The notes beneath the pieces are model-generated. The model did not search any database, had not been told where the DNA came from, and worked only from the letters and a program-made list of their open reading frames with translations. Source: an uncultured Actinomycetes bacterium (GTDB lineage: Bacteria; Actinomycetota; Thermoleophilia; Solirubrobacterales; Solirubrobacteraceae). Taken from it: DNA of 64,000 nt. Both the position numbers and the translations under genes were made by a program. Shown here one piece after another: positions 45,722 through 56,241 of this stretch; the stretch's first letter is position 1, and every line of letters begins with the position of its first letter. Location of the stretch: NCBI GenBank assembly GCA_963746145.1, contig CAVVAC010000003.1, positions 1,124,557-1,188,556 on the forward strand. Reading direction: 5' to 3'.

Positions 45722-46597
45722 ATGCCAAGAGCGATCTGGACCGGTGCCATCAGCTTCGGGCTCGTCAACGTGCCCGTCAAGCTCTACTCCGCGACGGCGG
45801 CGAAGTCGGTGCGCTTCCATCAGCTGCATGCGAAGGACGGCGTGCGCATACAGCAGAAGCGCATCTGCCCCGCCGACGGCGAGGAGGTGCCCTACGACGA
45901 GATCGTCAAGGGCTTCGAGATCGCGCCCGAGCGCTACGTCGTCGTCACGCAGGAGGAGCTGGACGCGCTCGACCCGCGCCGCACCAAGACGATCGACGTC
46001 GAGGCGTTCGTCGAGCTGGCCGAGATCGACCCCGTCTACTACGACAGCGCCTACCAGATCGCCCCCGCGACGGGCGGTGCGAAGGCCTACCAGCTGCTGC
46101 TCTCGGCGATGGAGGAGACGGGCAAGGTCGCGATCGCGCGCTTCGTGCTGCGCACGCGCCAGCAGCTGTGCGCGCTGCGCCCGGCGGGCGGCGTGCTCGT
46201 GCTCTCGACGATGCTCTACGGCGACGAGGTCCACCCGGCTGCGCGGCTCGACGAGCTGGAGGCGCTCGGCGACGTCGAGGCCAGCGATCGTGAGGTCGCG
46301 ATGGCGCGCCAGCTGATCGACTCGCTGTCGGCGCCGTTCGATCCCGAGTCCTACCGCGACGAATACCGCGAGCGCGTGCTCGCGCTGATCGAGCGCAAGG
46401 CCGCGGGCGAGGAGGTCGTCGTGCAGCCGGTCGCCGAGGCGCCGGCCGCCGCGCCCGACCTGATGGCCGCGCTCGAAGCGAGCGTCGCGGCCGTGCGCGA
46501 CCGCGCCGCGGCCCCGGCGAGGAAGCCGGCGCGCAAAGCGCGCGCGAAGCCCGCCGCCCCGGCGAAGCGGCCGGCGCGCGCGAAGTCGCGCGACTGA
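45722..46597 (+). CDS. ku: NHEJ Ku protein
   Basis: RAIWTG.ISFGLVNVPVKLYSA, IVKGFE, ID..YYD..Y, Y.D.YRE....LIE.K, DLM.AL.AS, basic tail. Confidence 0.96.
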   Translation: MPRAIWTGAISFGLVNVPVKLYSATAAKSVRFHQLHAKDGVRIQQKRICPADGEEVPYDEIVKGFEIAPERYVVVTQEELDALDPRRTKTIDVEAFVELAEIDPVYYDSAYQIAPATGGAKAYQLLLSAMEETGKVAIARFVLRTRQQLCALRPAGGVLVLSTMLYGDEVHPAARLDELEALGDVEASDREVAMARQLIDSLSAPFDPESYRDEYRERVLALIERKAAGEEVVVQPVAEAPAAAPDLMAALEASVAAVRDRAAAPARKPARKARAKPAAPAKRPARAKSRD

Positions 46598-46721
46598 CGC
46601 GCGTCCGGATCGACCGCGCCCGAACGTTTCCCCCTGCAGTTGGAGCGATGCGAGGGGTCGCTTCGCTGGTACCCTTTGCCCTCTTCTCAGTGTTCGCGAC
46701 GCCCACGGGAACACCAAATCC

Positions 46722-49700
46722 ATGCAGACGATCAAGCCCCCAGAGGCCGTTGGCCTCTACCACCCTGAAAACGAGCACGACGCCTGTGGCGTCGCGTTCG
46801 TCGCCAAGCTGACGGAGGGCCCCGACCACGGCGTCGTCGAGCGCGCGCTCGTACGCGCTCGAGAACCTCGAGCATCGCGGCGCCGAGCGGCGCCGACCCC
46901 ACCACCGGCGACGGCGCGGGCATCCTGCTGCAGCTGCCCGACGCGTTCTTCCGCGCGGTCGCTGGACGCGCCGCTGCCCGCCGGCCGGCCGCTACGGCGT
47001 CGCGGTCTGCTTCCTGCCGCCGGAGCCGGACGCGCAGGCGCCGAGCTCGCGCGCTGATCGAGCAGGTCGTCGCCGACGAGGGCCAGCGGCTGCTCGGCTG
47101 GCGCGACGTGCCGGTCGACGACGCGCACGTCGGCGTCGTCGCGGGCCAGACGGCGCCGTGGATCCGCCAGCTGCTCATCGGCGCCGCCGAGGACGTGGCC
47201 GACCAGGACGCGTTCGAGCGCAAGCTCTACGTGATCCGCCGGCTGATCGAGAAGGCGGCCGGCCCCGAGCTGGCGATCCCGAGCTGCTCCTCGCGCACGC
47301 TCGTCTACAAGGGGATGCTGACGGCGCCGCAGCTGCCGGGCTACTTCCCCGACCTCGAGCGACGAGCGCCTCGCCACGCGCCTCGCGCTCGTGCACTCGC
47401 GCTTCTCGACCAACACCTTCCCGAGCTGGGAGCTGGCGCACCCGTACCGCATGATCGCCCACAACGGCGAGATCAACACGCTGCGCGGCAACGTCAACTG
47501 GATGCGGGCGCGCGAGTCGCAGCTCGCCTCCGAGCTGTTCGGCGAGGACCTCGGCGAAGGTGATGCCGGTCGTGCGCCAGGGCGGCTCGGACTCGGCGAC
47601 GTTCGACAACGTGCTCGAGCTGCTCGTGCTCGCGGGCCGCCCGATCACCGCACGCGGTGATGATGATGGTGCCCGAGGCCTATCGCGACCGCACCGACCT
47701 GCCGCCCGCCGTGCGCGGCTTCTACGACTTCCACTCGCTGCCTGATGGAGCCATGGGACGGCCCGGCCGTCGTCGCCTTCACCGACGGCCGCAGGTCGGC
47801 GCCACGCTCGACCGCAACGGCCTGCGTCCCGGCCGCTGGGTGCAGACGACCGACGGCTACGTCGTGCTCGCCTCCGAGACCGGCGTCATCGACGGTCGCG
47901 CCCGACCAGATCGTGCGCAAGGGCCGCCTGCAGCCGGGCAAGATCTTCCTCGTCGACCTCGAGGAGGGCCGCATCGTCGAGGACGAGGAGGTCAAGGCGC
48001 AGGTCGCCTCCCAGCGTCCCTACGGCGAGTGGTACTCGCGAGCGCGTCGTGCAGCTCGACGACCTGCCGGAGCGCGAGCCGCGCGCGCCGCGCGTCGAGC
48101 CGCTGCGCTCCAAGCAGCTCGCGTTCGGCTACTCGCAGGAGGACCTGCGGCTGGTGATCGCGCCGATGGCGGCCAACGGCGAGGAGCCCGTCGCCTCGAT
48201 GGGCAACGACGCCGCGCTCGCGGTGCTGTCCGACCGCCAGCCGCCGCTGTTCGCCTACTTCAAGCAGCTGTTCGCGCAGGTCACGAACCCGCCGATCGAC
48301 CCGATCCGCGAGAACGATCGTGATGAGCCTCGCGACGAGCGTCGGCGGCGAGCTGAACCTGCTCGCCGAGTCGCCCGAGCACGCCCACCAGCTCGTCGAT
48401 GCGCCAGCCGATCCTGCGCAACCACGAGCTGGAGAAGCTGCGCCAGGTCTCGCACGACGTCTTCCACGCCGCGACGATCGACATCACCTGGCCGATCGAG
48501 GAGGGCGTCGAGGGGATGGAGCTGCGCCTGGCCGCGCTCTGCGACGAGGCCGCGCAGTGGGTCGAGCGCGGCGCGAACATCCTGATCCTGTCGGACCGCA
48601 ACCTCGGCGCCGAGCGCGTCGCGATCCCGTCGCTGCTGGCGGTCGCCGCGGTCCACCACCACCTCGTGCGCGCGGGCACGCGTCTGCGCGGCCGGGCTCG
48701 TGATCGAGACGGGCGAGCCGCGCGAGATCCACCACATGGCGACGCTGATCGGCTACGGCGCGTCGGCGATCAACCCGTACCTGATGTTCGAGTCGCTCGA
48801 CGAGCTGGCCGATCGCGGCCTGCTGCCCGTCGACCTCGACCGCGAGGACGGCCGAGCAGCGAATCGTCAAGGCGATCGGCAAGGGCCTGCTGAAGACGAT
48901 CTCGAAGATGGGGATCTCGACGATCCAGTCCTACTGCGGCGCGCAGATCTTCGAGGCCGTCGGGCTCGAGCCCGAGCTGGTCGACCGCCACTTCACCGGC
49001 ACCGCCTCGCGGATCGGCGGCATCGGCATCGACGTGCTCGCCAGCGAGGCGCTCGAGCGCCACTGCCGCGCCTATCCGCGCACGGGCCGCGAGGTGCTGC
49101 CCGTCGGCGGCGTGCTGCAGTGGCGCCGCGACGGCGAGCTGCACATCTGGAACCCGGACACGGTCGCGCTGCTCCAGCACGCGGTGCGCGTCGCAGAACG
49201 GCGAGCGGACTGCAGACCTACCGCGAGTTCGCGCGTCCGGTCAACGAGGACTCGGCGCGCAAGGCGTCGCTCCGCGGCCTGATGAAGCTGCGCACGCTCG
49301 AGCGAGCCGATCCCGCTGGAGGAGGTCGAGCCGGCGGAGCAGATCGTCAAGCGCTTCTCGACCGGCGCGATGAGCCTCGGCGCGATCTCGCGCGAGTCGC
49401 ACGAGGCGCTGGCGGTCGCGATGAACCGGCTCGGCGGCGAAGTCGAACACCGGCGAGGGCGGGGAGGACCCGGCGCGCTTCGACGCGACGACGCGCCGCT
49501 CGGCGATCAAGCAGGTCGCCTCCGGCCGCTTCGGCGTCACGTCGCACTACCTCGTCAACGCCGACCAGCTGCAGATCAAGATGGCCCAGGGCGCCAAGCC
49601 CGGCGAGGGCGGCCAGCTGCCCGGCCACAAGGTCGACGACTACATCGCCTGGCTGCGCAACTCGACGCCTGGCGTCGGGCTGATCTCGCCGCCGCCGCAC

Positions 49701-51257
49701 CACGACATCTACTCGATCGAGGACCTCAAGCAGCTGATCTACGACCTGCGCTGCGCCAACCCGACGCGCGGAAGTGTCGGTCAAGCTGGTCGCGGAGGTC
49801 GGCGTCGGCACGGTCGCCGCGGGCGTCGCGAAGGCCAACGCCGACCACGTCGTCGTCTCCGGCCACGACGGCGGCACCGGCGCCTCGCCGCAGTCCTCGG
49901 TGCAGGGGGCCGGGATCCCGTGGGAGATCGGCCTCGCCGAGACGCAGCAGACGCTGCTGCTCAACGACCTGCGCTCGCGGATCACGGTCGAGGTCGACGG
50001 CCAGATGAAGACCGGCCGCGACGTCGTCGTCGCGGCGCTGCTCGGCGCCGACGAGTTCGGCTTCTCGACCGCCCCGCTGATCGCGATGGGCTGCATCATG
50101 ATGCGCGTCTGCCACCTCAACACGTGCCCGGTCGGGATCGCGACGCAGAATCCCGAGCTGCGCCGCCGCTTCGAGGGCACGCCCGAGCACGTCGTCAAGT
50201 ACCTCTTCTTCGTCGCCGAGGAGGCGCGCGAGCTGATGGCCTCGCTCGGCGTGCGCACGTTCGACGAGCTGATCGGCCGCACCGACCTGCTGGAGCTGGA
50301 CGGCGCGATCGACCACTGGAAGGCGCGCGGCGTCGACCTCTCGATCGTGCTTCGCGATGCCCGACGTCGCGCCTGACGCGCCGCGCCACCGCACGCGCGC
50401 GCCCGAGCCGGTGCTCGACGACGCGCTCGACTGGGAGCTGATCCGCGGCGCCGAGCCGGCGCTCGAGCGCGGCGAGCGCGTCCAGCTGACGACCGAGCGT
50501 GCGCAACGTCAACCGCACCGTCGGCGGAATGCTGTCGAGCGAGATCGCGCGCCGCTTCGGCCCCGACGGGCTGCGCCGAGGACACGATCGAGGTGGCGCT
50601 CACGGGCTCGGCCGGCCAGAGCTTCGGCGCCTGGCTGGCGCCGGGCGTGACGTTCACGCTCGCGGGCGAGACGAACGACTACACCGGCAAGGGCCTCTCC
50701 GGCGGCGTCGCTGACCGTGCGCCCGCCCGAGGACGCCGGCTTCCGCGCCGAGGACAACGTGATCGTCGGCAACACCGTGCTCTACGGCGCCACGCAGGGC
50801 CGCGCGTTCTTCCGCGGGCTCGCCGGCGAGCGCTTCGCGGTGCGCAACTCGGGCGCCAGCGCCGTCGTCGAGGGCGTCGGCGACCACGGCTGCGAGTACA
50901 TGACCGGCGGGCGCGTCGTCGTGCTCGGCCCGACCGGCCGCAACTTCGCCGCCGGCATGAGCGGCGGGATCGCCTACGTGCTCGACGAGCAGCGCGACTT
51001 CGCGCGTGTTGCCAACACCGAGCTGGTCGACCTCGAGCCGCTCGGCGAGCATGACGAGGCCGAGTTGAAGGACCTGATCGCCGAGCACGCGCAGCGCACC
51101 GGCTCGCCGGTCGCGCGACGGATCCTCGACGCCTGGGACGAGGCCGTGCGAACGCTTCGTGAAGGTGATGCCGCGCGACTACAAGCGCGCGCTCGCGGAG
51201 CGCGCGGCCGCCGAGGCGGCTGCGACCCAGCCCACCGCCGAGCCCGCAGGGGCGTAG
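46722..51257 (+). pseudogene. gltB: Glutamate synthase large subunit, multiply frameshifted (probably sequencing error)
   Basis: [92 protein letters not shown] found across about 20 frame changes; ends TAG 51255-51257. Confidence 0.9.
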
Positions 51258-51315
51258 AGGTGGTCCCCCCGATGAACTCCCGCCCCGATCGGCGGGCCCC
51301 GATCGACGCCTGGCG

Positions 51316-51369
51316 GCGTCCTCGGACCTCGAAATACCTTTGGTATTCCTTCGATCCTGCGTCCTTGCC
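51316..51369. repeat. 54-nt core homologous to the centre of the 30717-30881 element
   Basis: GCGTCCTCGG-N30-CCTGCGTCCTTGCC in both (other copy 30775-30828); central hairpin with compensatory change. Confidence 0.7.
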
Positions 51370-51423
51370 AGCCGCCGCCGTGACCTCGCCGTTCGAGACG
51401 CGAGCCCACCGGAGGAACCACTG

Positions 51424-53002
51424 ATGGGAGAACTGGGCGGCTTCCTCAAGATCCATCGGGTCGGCTTCGACAAGCGCGATCCCGCGCAGCGCGTGGCCGA
51501 CTACGACCAGTACTTCGAGCTGCAGCCCGAGGAGGAGCTGCAAGCGCCAGGGCGCCCGCTGCATGGACTGCGGCGTGCCGTTCTGCCACGAGGGCTGCCC
51601 GCTCGGCAACCTGATCCCCGACTGGAACGACCTCGTCTACCGCGACAAGTGGCAGCGACGCGCTCGATGCAGCTGCACGCGACCAACAACTTCCCCGAGT
51701 TCACGGGCCGCATCTGCCCGGCGCCGTGCGAGTCCGCCTGCGTGCTGGCGATCAACGACGACCCGGTCGCGATCGAGCAGATCGAGATGGCGATCGTCGA
51801 GCGCGGCTTCGACGAGGGCTGGATCGTGCCCGAGCCGCCCGACCGCCGCACCGGCAAGACGGTCGGCGTCGTCGGCTCCGGCCCGGCGGGCCTGGCGGTC
51901 GCCGCCGAGCTGAACAAGAGCGGCCACACCGTCACGGTCTACGAGCGCGACGAGGGCCCCGGCGGCCTGATGCGCTTCGGCGTGCCGGACGCGAAGCTGC
52001 CGAAGAACGATGATCGACCGCCGGGTCGCGCTGCTCGAGGCCGAGGGCGTGCGCTTCGAGTACGGCGTCGACGTGCGGGGGCGACGTCGGCGCCGACGAG
52101 CTGCGCGAGCGCCACGACGCGCTCGTCGTCGCGATCGGCTCGCGCGTGCACCGCGACGTCGAGGTCGCCGGGCCGCGAGCTGGAGGGCGTCCACTTCGCG
52201 ATGGACTACCTCTACCAGCGCAACCGCTGGGTCGCCGCGCAGGAGGGCCGCCCCTCGCGTGCGCCCGCTCCCGGCACGGAGATCTCGGCCGTCGGCAAGC
52301 GCGTCGTCGTGATCGGCGGCGGCGACACCGGCATGGACTGCATCTCCAACGCGAACCGCGAGGGCGCTGCCTCGGCGCTGATCCTCGACGTCTACCAGCA
52401 GCTCGGCCCGGGCGGTCGCGACGCGCGCTCGCCGTGGCCGCTGCCGCCGAAGCGCACGCCGACGACGTACGCGCTCGAAGAGGGCGGCGAGCGCTGGTGG
52501 GGCAGCGAGGTGATCGAGCTTCGAGGGCGTCGACGGCACGGTCACGCGGGTGCATGCGCGCCGCGTCACCGGAACCTCCTCGCGCGACCTGCAGCCGGTC
52601 CCGGGCAGCGAGTTCACGGTCGAGGCCGACCTCGTGCTGATCGCGATCGGCTTCTCGCATCCGGAGCACGAAGGGCTCGTCGCACAGCTCGCGACCGACT
52701 TCGACCCGCGCGGCAACATGCGCACGCGCCAGACCTACCGCACCTCCGCGGCCGGCGTCTACGCCTGCGGCGACGCACGCATCGGCCAGTCGCTGATCGT
52801 CACCGCGATCGCCGAGGGGCGCAAGTGCGCGCGCATCGTCAACAAGGACCTCGGCGGCAGCCCGATGGACGCCGATCGCGAGCAGCTGGCGATCGGCGCC
52901 TGGAGCGGCGTGGAGGACCACACGCTGCGCCACGAGGCCGAGGCGGCCGGAAACGTACGCCTCGGTGACGACTTCTTTAGCGGTCCAGGCGGCCCGATCT
53001 AG
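51424..53002 (+). pseudogene. gltD: Glutamate synthase small subunit, frameshifted in the 5' two-thirds (probably sequencing error)
   Basis: [77 protein letters not shown]; GGAGG SD. Confidence 0.9.
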
Positions 53003-53195
53003 GGCGAATCCTGAAAAACCTCGCATCGTGCACGGGTTCTGTTACACGAACCCGTGCGACTTGGGCCCTGCGACGCAGCGATATCCGGGTTTGCGAGGTA
53101 TCCTTTCGCGCTGTGGGGCGCCGAGCGTCCTGCTCCGCCGGAATCGTCTCCCCCACGATTCCCGGCTGCGGAGGGCCCGGATGGATTCGGGCCCT
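52999..53195. repeat. Highly structured intergenic element (four nested or adjacent inverted repeats)
   Basis: 10-bp GCACGGGTTC/GAACCCGTGC, 8-bp ACCTCGCA/TGCGAGGT, 8-bp GGAATCGT/ACGATTCC flanked by CTCCGC/GCGGAG, 8-bp AGGGCCCG/CGGGCCCT. Confidence 0.55.
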
Positions 53196-53212
53196 TCCGC
53201 GCATCTGGGACC

Positions 53213-54205
53213 ATGAGCGCCGTGTTCGCCTCGGTCGGCAGCGACGTCAGCCAGTTCTTCGACGCCGTCGGGACGTTCTTCTCGAACCTCGCGGGGCTCA
53301 GCTGGGGCCCGCTGCTGCTCGCGCTGCTCTGCTACGCCGGATACCTCACGCTGCGCTCGCGCGCACTGCTGAGCGCCGTGCAGGTGGCCTATCCGGCCGA
53401 GCACGTGCGCTGGCGCGAGGTGTGGGGGGCGTACGTCGCCGGCGTCGGCGTCAACCAGGTCTTCCCGCTCGGCGGCGGCACGCTCGTGCAGTACTTCCTC
53501 ACGCGCATCTCGATCCCGGCCTCCAGCTACCCGGCGATCGTCGCGGCGATCTGGACCGGGCTCGTGTTCGACTGGTGCGTGAACCTGCTCGTGCTCGCGT
53601 TCGCGTTCACGCAGGGGGTCTTCCCGAAGCCGCCGGACTTCTCGAAGCTGCCGGCGTTCGACCTCGCCTTCCTCGCCTCGCATCCGCGCTTCACGCTGTT
53701 CCTGCTGACGGCGCTCGGCGTCGCGGTGCTGATTGGCTTCGCGCTCCTGTCGGCGCGCGTGAAGGCCTTCTGGGCGAGCGTGCGCCAGGGCTTCACGATC
53801 CTCGCCGACCGCCGCCGCTACCTGCGCGCGATGGCGAGCTGGCAGGCGGCGGCGTGGGTCGCGCGCTTCGCGACCTACTGGTTCCTGCTCGACGCCTTCC
53901 ACATCGGCGGCTCGCTGCGCAACGTGCTGCTGGTGCTGGGCGTCCAGGTCGTCGCGCTGCTGGTCCCGTTCACGCCGGGCGGGGCGGGCGTGCAGCAGGC
54001 GCTCCTGCTGACCGTCTTCGCCCATGCCGCGACGAAGGCGCAGGTCGCAGCCTTCTCGGTCGGCCAGCAGATCGCGCTCGCGAGCGCGGCGGTCGCGATG
54101 GGCTTCGCGGCGCTGGCGCTGATCTTCCGCCTGCGCAGCTTCAGGGAGGTGATCCGCCGCGGGCGCGAGCACCGGCGGAGCGAGGATCCGGCGCTGATAA
54201 GGTGA
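53213..54205 (+). CDS. Lysylphosphatidylglycerol synthase TM / flippase-like (UPF0104) membrane protein
   Basis: Multiple TM segments; G..VNQVFPLGGG, LVPFTPGGAG..Q motif. Confidence 0.8.
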   Translation: MSAVFASVGSDVSQFFDAVGTFFSNLAGLSWGPLLLALLCYAGYLTLRSRALLSAVQVAYPAEHVRWREVWGAYVAGVGVNQVFPLGGGTLVQYFLTRISIPASSYPAIVAAIWTGLVFDWCVNLLVLAFAFTQGVFPKPPDFSKLPAFDLAFLASHPRFTLFLLTALGVAVLIGFALLSARVKAFWASVRQGFTILADRRRYLRAMASWQAAAWVARFATYWFLLDAFHIGGSLRNVLLVLGVQVVALLVPFTPGGAGVQQALLLTVFAHAATKAQVAAFSVGQQIALASAAVAMGFAALALIFRLRSFREVIRRGREHRRSEDPALIR

Positions 54206-54220
54206 CGCCCCCGTCACTTT
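54199..54220. promoter_or_regulatory. Inverted repeat (TetR operator or short terminator) before the FMO-TetR operon
   Basis: AAGGTGACG-CCCC-CGTCACTTT. Confidence 0.45.
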
Positions 54221-54242
54221 TGCGAGCGAGGAGGCCATCCGC

Positions 54243-55601
54243 ATGACCGAGCTGCCGACCGTCTGCGTCATCGGAGCCGGCTGCTCCGGCATCGCCGTCG
54301 CGAAGGCGCTGCACGAGCGGGGGATCCCGTTCGACTGCATCGAGGCCTCCGACCGCGTCGGCGGCAACTGGGTCTTCGGCAACACGAACGGGATGTCCTC
54401 GGCGTACCGCTCGCTGCACATCAACACCTCGCGCGAGCGCATGGAGTACTCGGACTTCCCGATGCCGAAGTCCTACCCCGACTTCCCGCACCACGCGCAG
54501 ATCGCCGCCTACTTCGACAGCTACGTCGACCACTTCGGCTTCCGCGAGCGGATCCTGTTCGAGACCCGCGTGCTGCGCGCCGAGCGCGGCGAGGACGGCG
54601 TCTGGTCGGTCGCGCTCGACACGGGCGAGACGCGGCGCTACGACGCGCTCGTCGTCGCCAACGGCCACCACTGGAACCCGCGCTGGCCCGAGCCGGCGTT
54701 CCCCGGCAGCTTCGACGGGGAGCTGGTGCACGCGCACCACTACATCGACAACGAGCCGTTCAAGGGCAAGCGCGTCGTCGTGCTCGGGATCGGCAACAGC
54801 GCGATGGACATCGCCGTAGAGTCGAGCTTCGTCGCCGAGCACACGATCCTGTCCTCGCGCCGTGGCGCGCACATCGTGCCGAAGTACCTGTTCGGGCGCC
54901 CGCTCGACCAGATCGGCGTGAACCGCTTCACCGGCGTGCTGCCGTGGGCCTTCCGCAAGGCCATCCTCCAGCGCTTCTACCGGCTCGGCGTGGGGCGCAT
55001 GGAGGACTACGGGCTCCCGCGGCCCGACCACGACCTCGGCGACGCGCACCCGACGATCTCCGCCGACTTCCTCAACCGCGTCGCCCACGGCGAGATCGTC
55101 TACAAGCCGAACGTCGCCGAGCTGCTCGGCGATCGCGTGCGCTTCGAGGACGGCTCGGTCGAGCAGGTCGACACGATCGTCTGCTGCACGGGCTACAAGG
55201 TCACGTTCCCGTTCTTCGACGAGTCCCTGATCGCCGCGCCCGAGAACGACCTGCCGCTGTTCCGCCGTGTCTTCCACCCCGAGATCGACAACGTCTTCTT
55301 CGCCGGCCTGCTGCAGCCGCTCGGCGCGATCATGCCGCTCTCCGAGGCGCAGGGGCAGTGGATCGCGGCGCATCTGCGCGGCGAGTACGCGCTGCCCGCG
55401 CCGGCCGAGCTGCGCGCCGACATCGAGCGCGAGCGCGCGAAGATGTTCAAGCGCTACGTCGCCTCCAAGCGCCACACGATGCAGGTCGACTTCGACAACT
55501 ACCTCTACGACCTGCGCCGCGAGCGCAGGGCCGGCGCGCGGCGCATGCGCGAGCAGGGCTACCGCCTGCCGATCCCCGCGCGCGCGGCGGTGCCCGCGTG
55601 A
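54243..55601 (+). CDS. Flavin-containing monooxygenase
   Basis: VIGAGCSG (FAD), GGNW, ANGHHWNP, GELVHAHHY (FxGxxxHxxxY-type), GIGNSAMD (NADPH), CCTGY. Confidence 0.93.
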   Translation: MTELPTVCVIGAGCSGIAVAKALHERGIPFDCIEASDRVGGNWVFGNTNGMSSAYRSLHINTSRERMEYSDFPMPKSYPDFPHHAQIAAYFDSYVDHFGFRERILFETRVLRAERGEDGVWSVALDTGETRRYDALVVANGHHWNPRWPEPAFPGSFDGELVHAHHYIDNEPFKGKRVVVLGIGNSAMDIAVESSFVAEHTILSSRRGAHIVPKYLFGRPLDQIGVNRFTGVLPWAFRKAILQRFYRLGVGRMEDYGLPRPDHDLGDAHPTISADFLNRVAHGEIVYKPNVAELLGDRVRFEDGSVEQVDTIVCCTGYKVTFPFFDESLIAAPENDLPLFRRVFHPEIDNVFFAGLLQPLGAIMPLSEAQGQWIAAHLRGEYALPAPAELRADIERERAKMFKRYVASKRHTMQVDFDNYLYDLRRERRAGARRMREQGYRLPIPARAAVPA

Positions 55602-56197
55602 GCGCGCTCGCCGGCAAGCGCGAGCGCACGAAGCTCCAGAACCGCGCCGCGATCCTCGACGCGGCATGCGAGGTCTTCACCGAGATGGGCTACGGCGCGG
55701 CGTCGATCCGCGACGTGATCCGCCGCACGGACCTCGCCTCGGGCACCTTCTACAACTACTTCCCGGACAAGCAGTCGGTCTTCCGCGCGGTGCTCGACCA
55801 GCACACGACCGAGCTGCGCCGCCGCCTGCGCCAGGCGCGCGCCCGCGCCGACGACGTCGAGACGATCGTGCGCGAGGGCTTCGGCGTCTACTTCTCGTTC
55901 ATCGTCGAGGATCGCGCGCTGTTCGAGCTGCTGCGGCGCAACGCCGGGACCGTGCGCGAGCTGTTCGACACGCCCGCGCTGCAGCTCGGGATCCTCGAGC
56001 TGCGCGAGGATCTCGCCGCCCGCGTGGAGCTGTCGCCCGCGCTCGACCTCGACGCGCTCGCGGCCGCGATGGGCGGCGTCGCGTTCGAGCTGGGGATCCG
56101 CCTGACGGAGCAGGACCCGCCCGACGTCGAGCGCGCGGCGCGCTTCGCGAGCGAGCTGTTCCTCGGCGGGATGGCACGGCTCGCAGCCGCGCCGTGA
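55598..56197 (+). CDS. TetR-family regulator
   Basis: ILDAACEVF.EMGY.AASIRDVIRRT.LASGTFYNYFPDK; GTGA overlap with FMO. Confidence 0.93.
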   Translation: MSALAGKRERTKLQNRAAILDAACEVFTEMGYGAASIRDVIRRTDLASGTFYNYFPDKQSVFRAVLDQHTTELRRRLRQARARADDVETIVREGFGVYFSFIVEDRALFELLRRNAGTVRELFDTPALQLGILELREDLAARVELSPALDLDALAAAMGGVAFELGIRLTEQDPPDVERAARFASELFLGGMARLAAAP

Positions 56198-56241
56198 CCG
56201 GACGACCTCAGTCGCTCCCGGCCTCCTAGACTGACGGCTGC

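Noticed and set aside
46722-53002. Programmed frameshifting or RNA editing of gltBD
   Set aside because: About 25 events at heterogeneous contexts with no slippery motif; an artefact is far more parsimonious.
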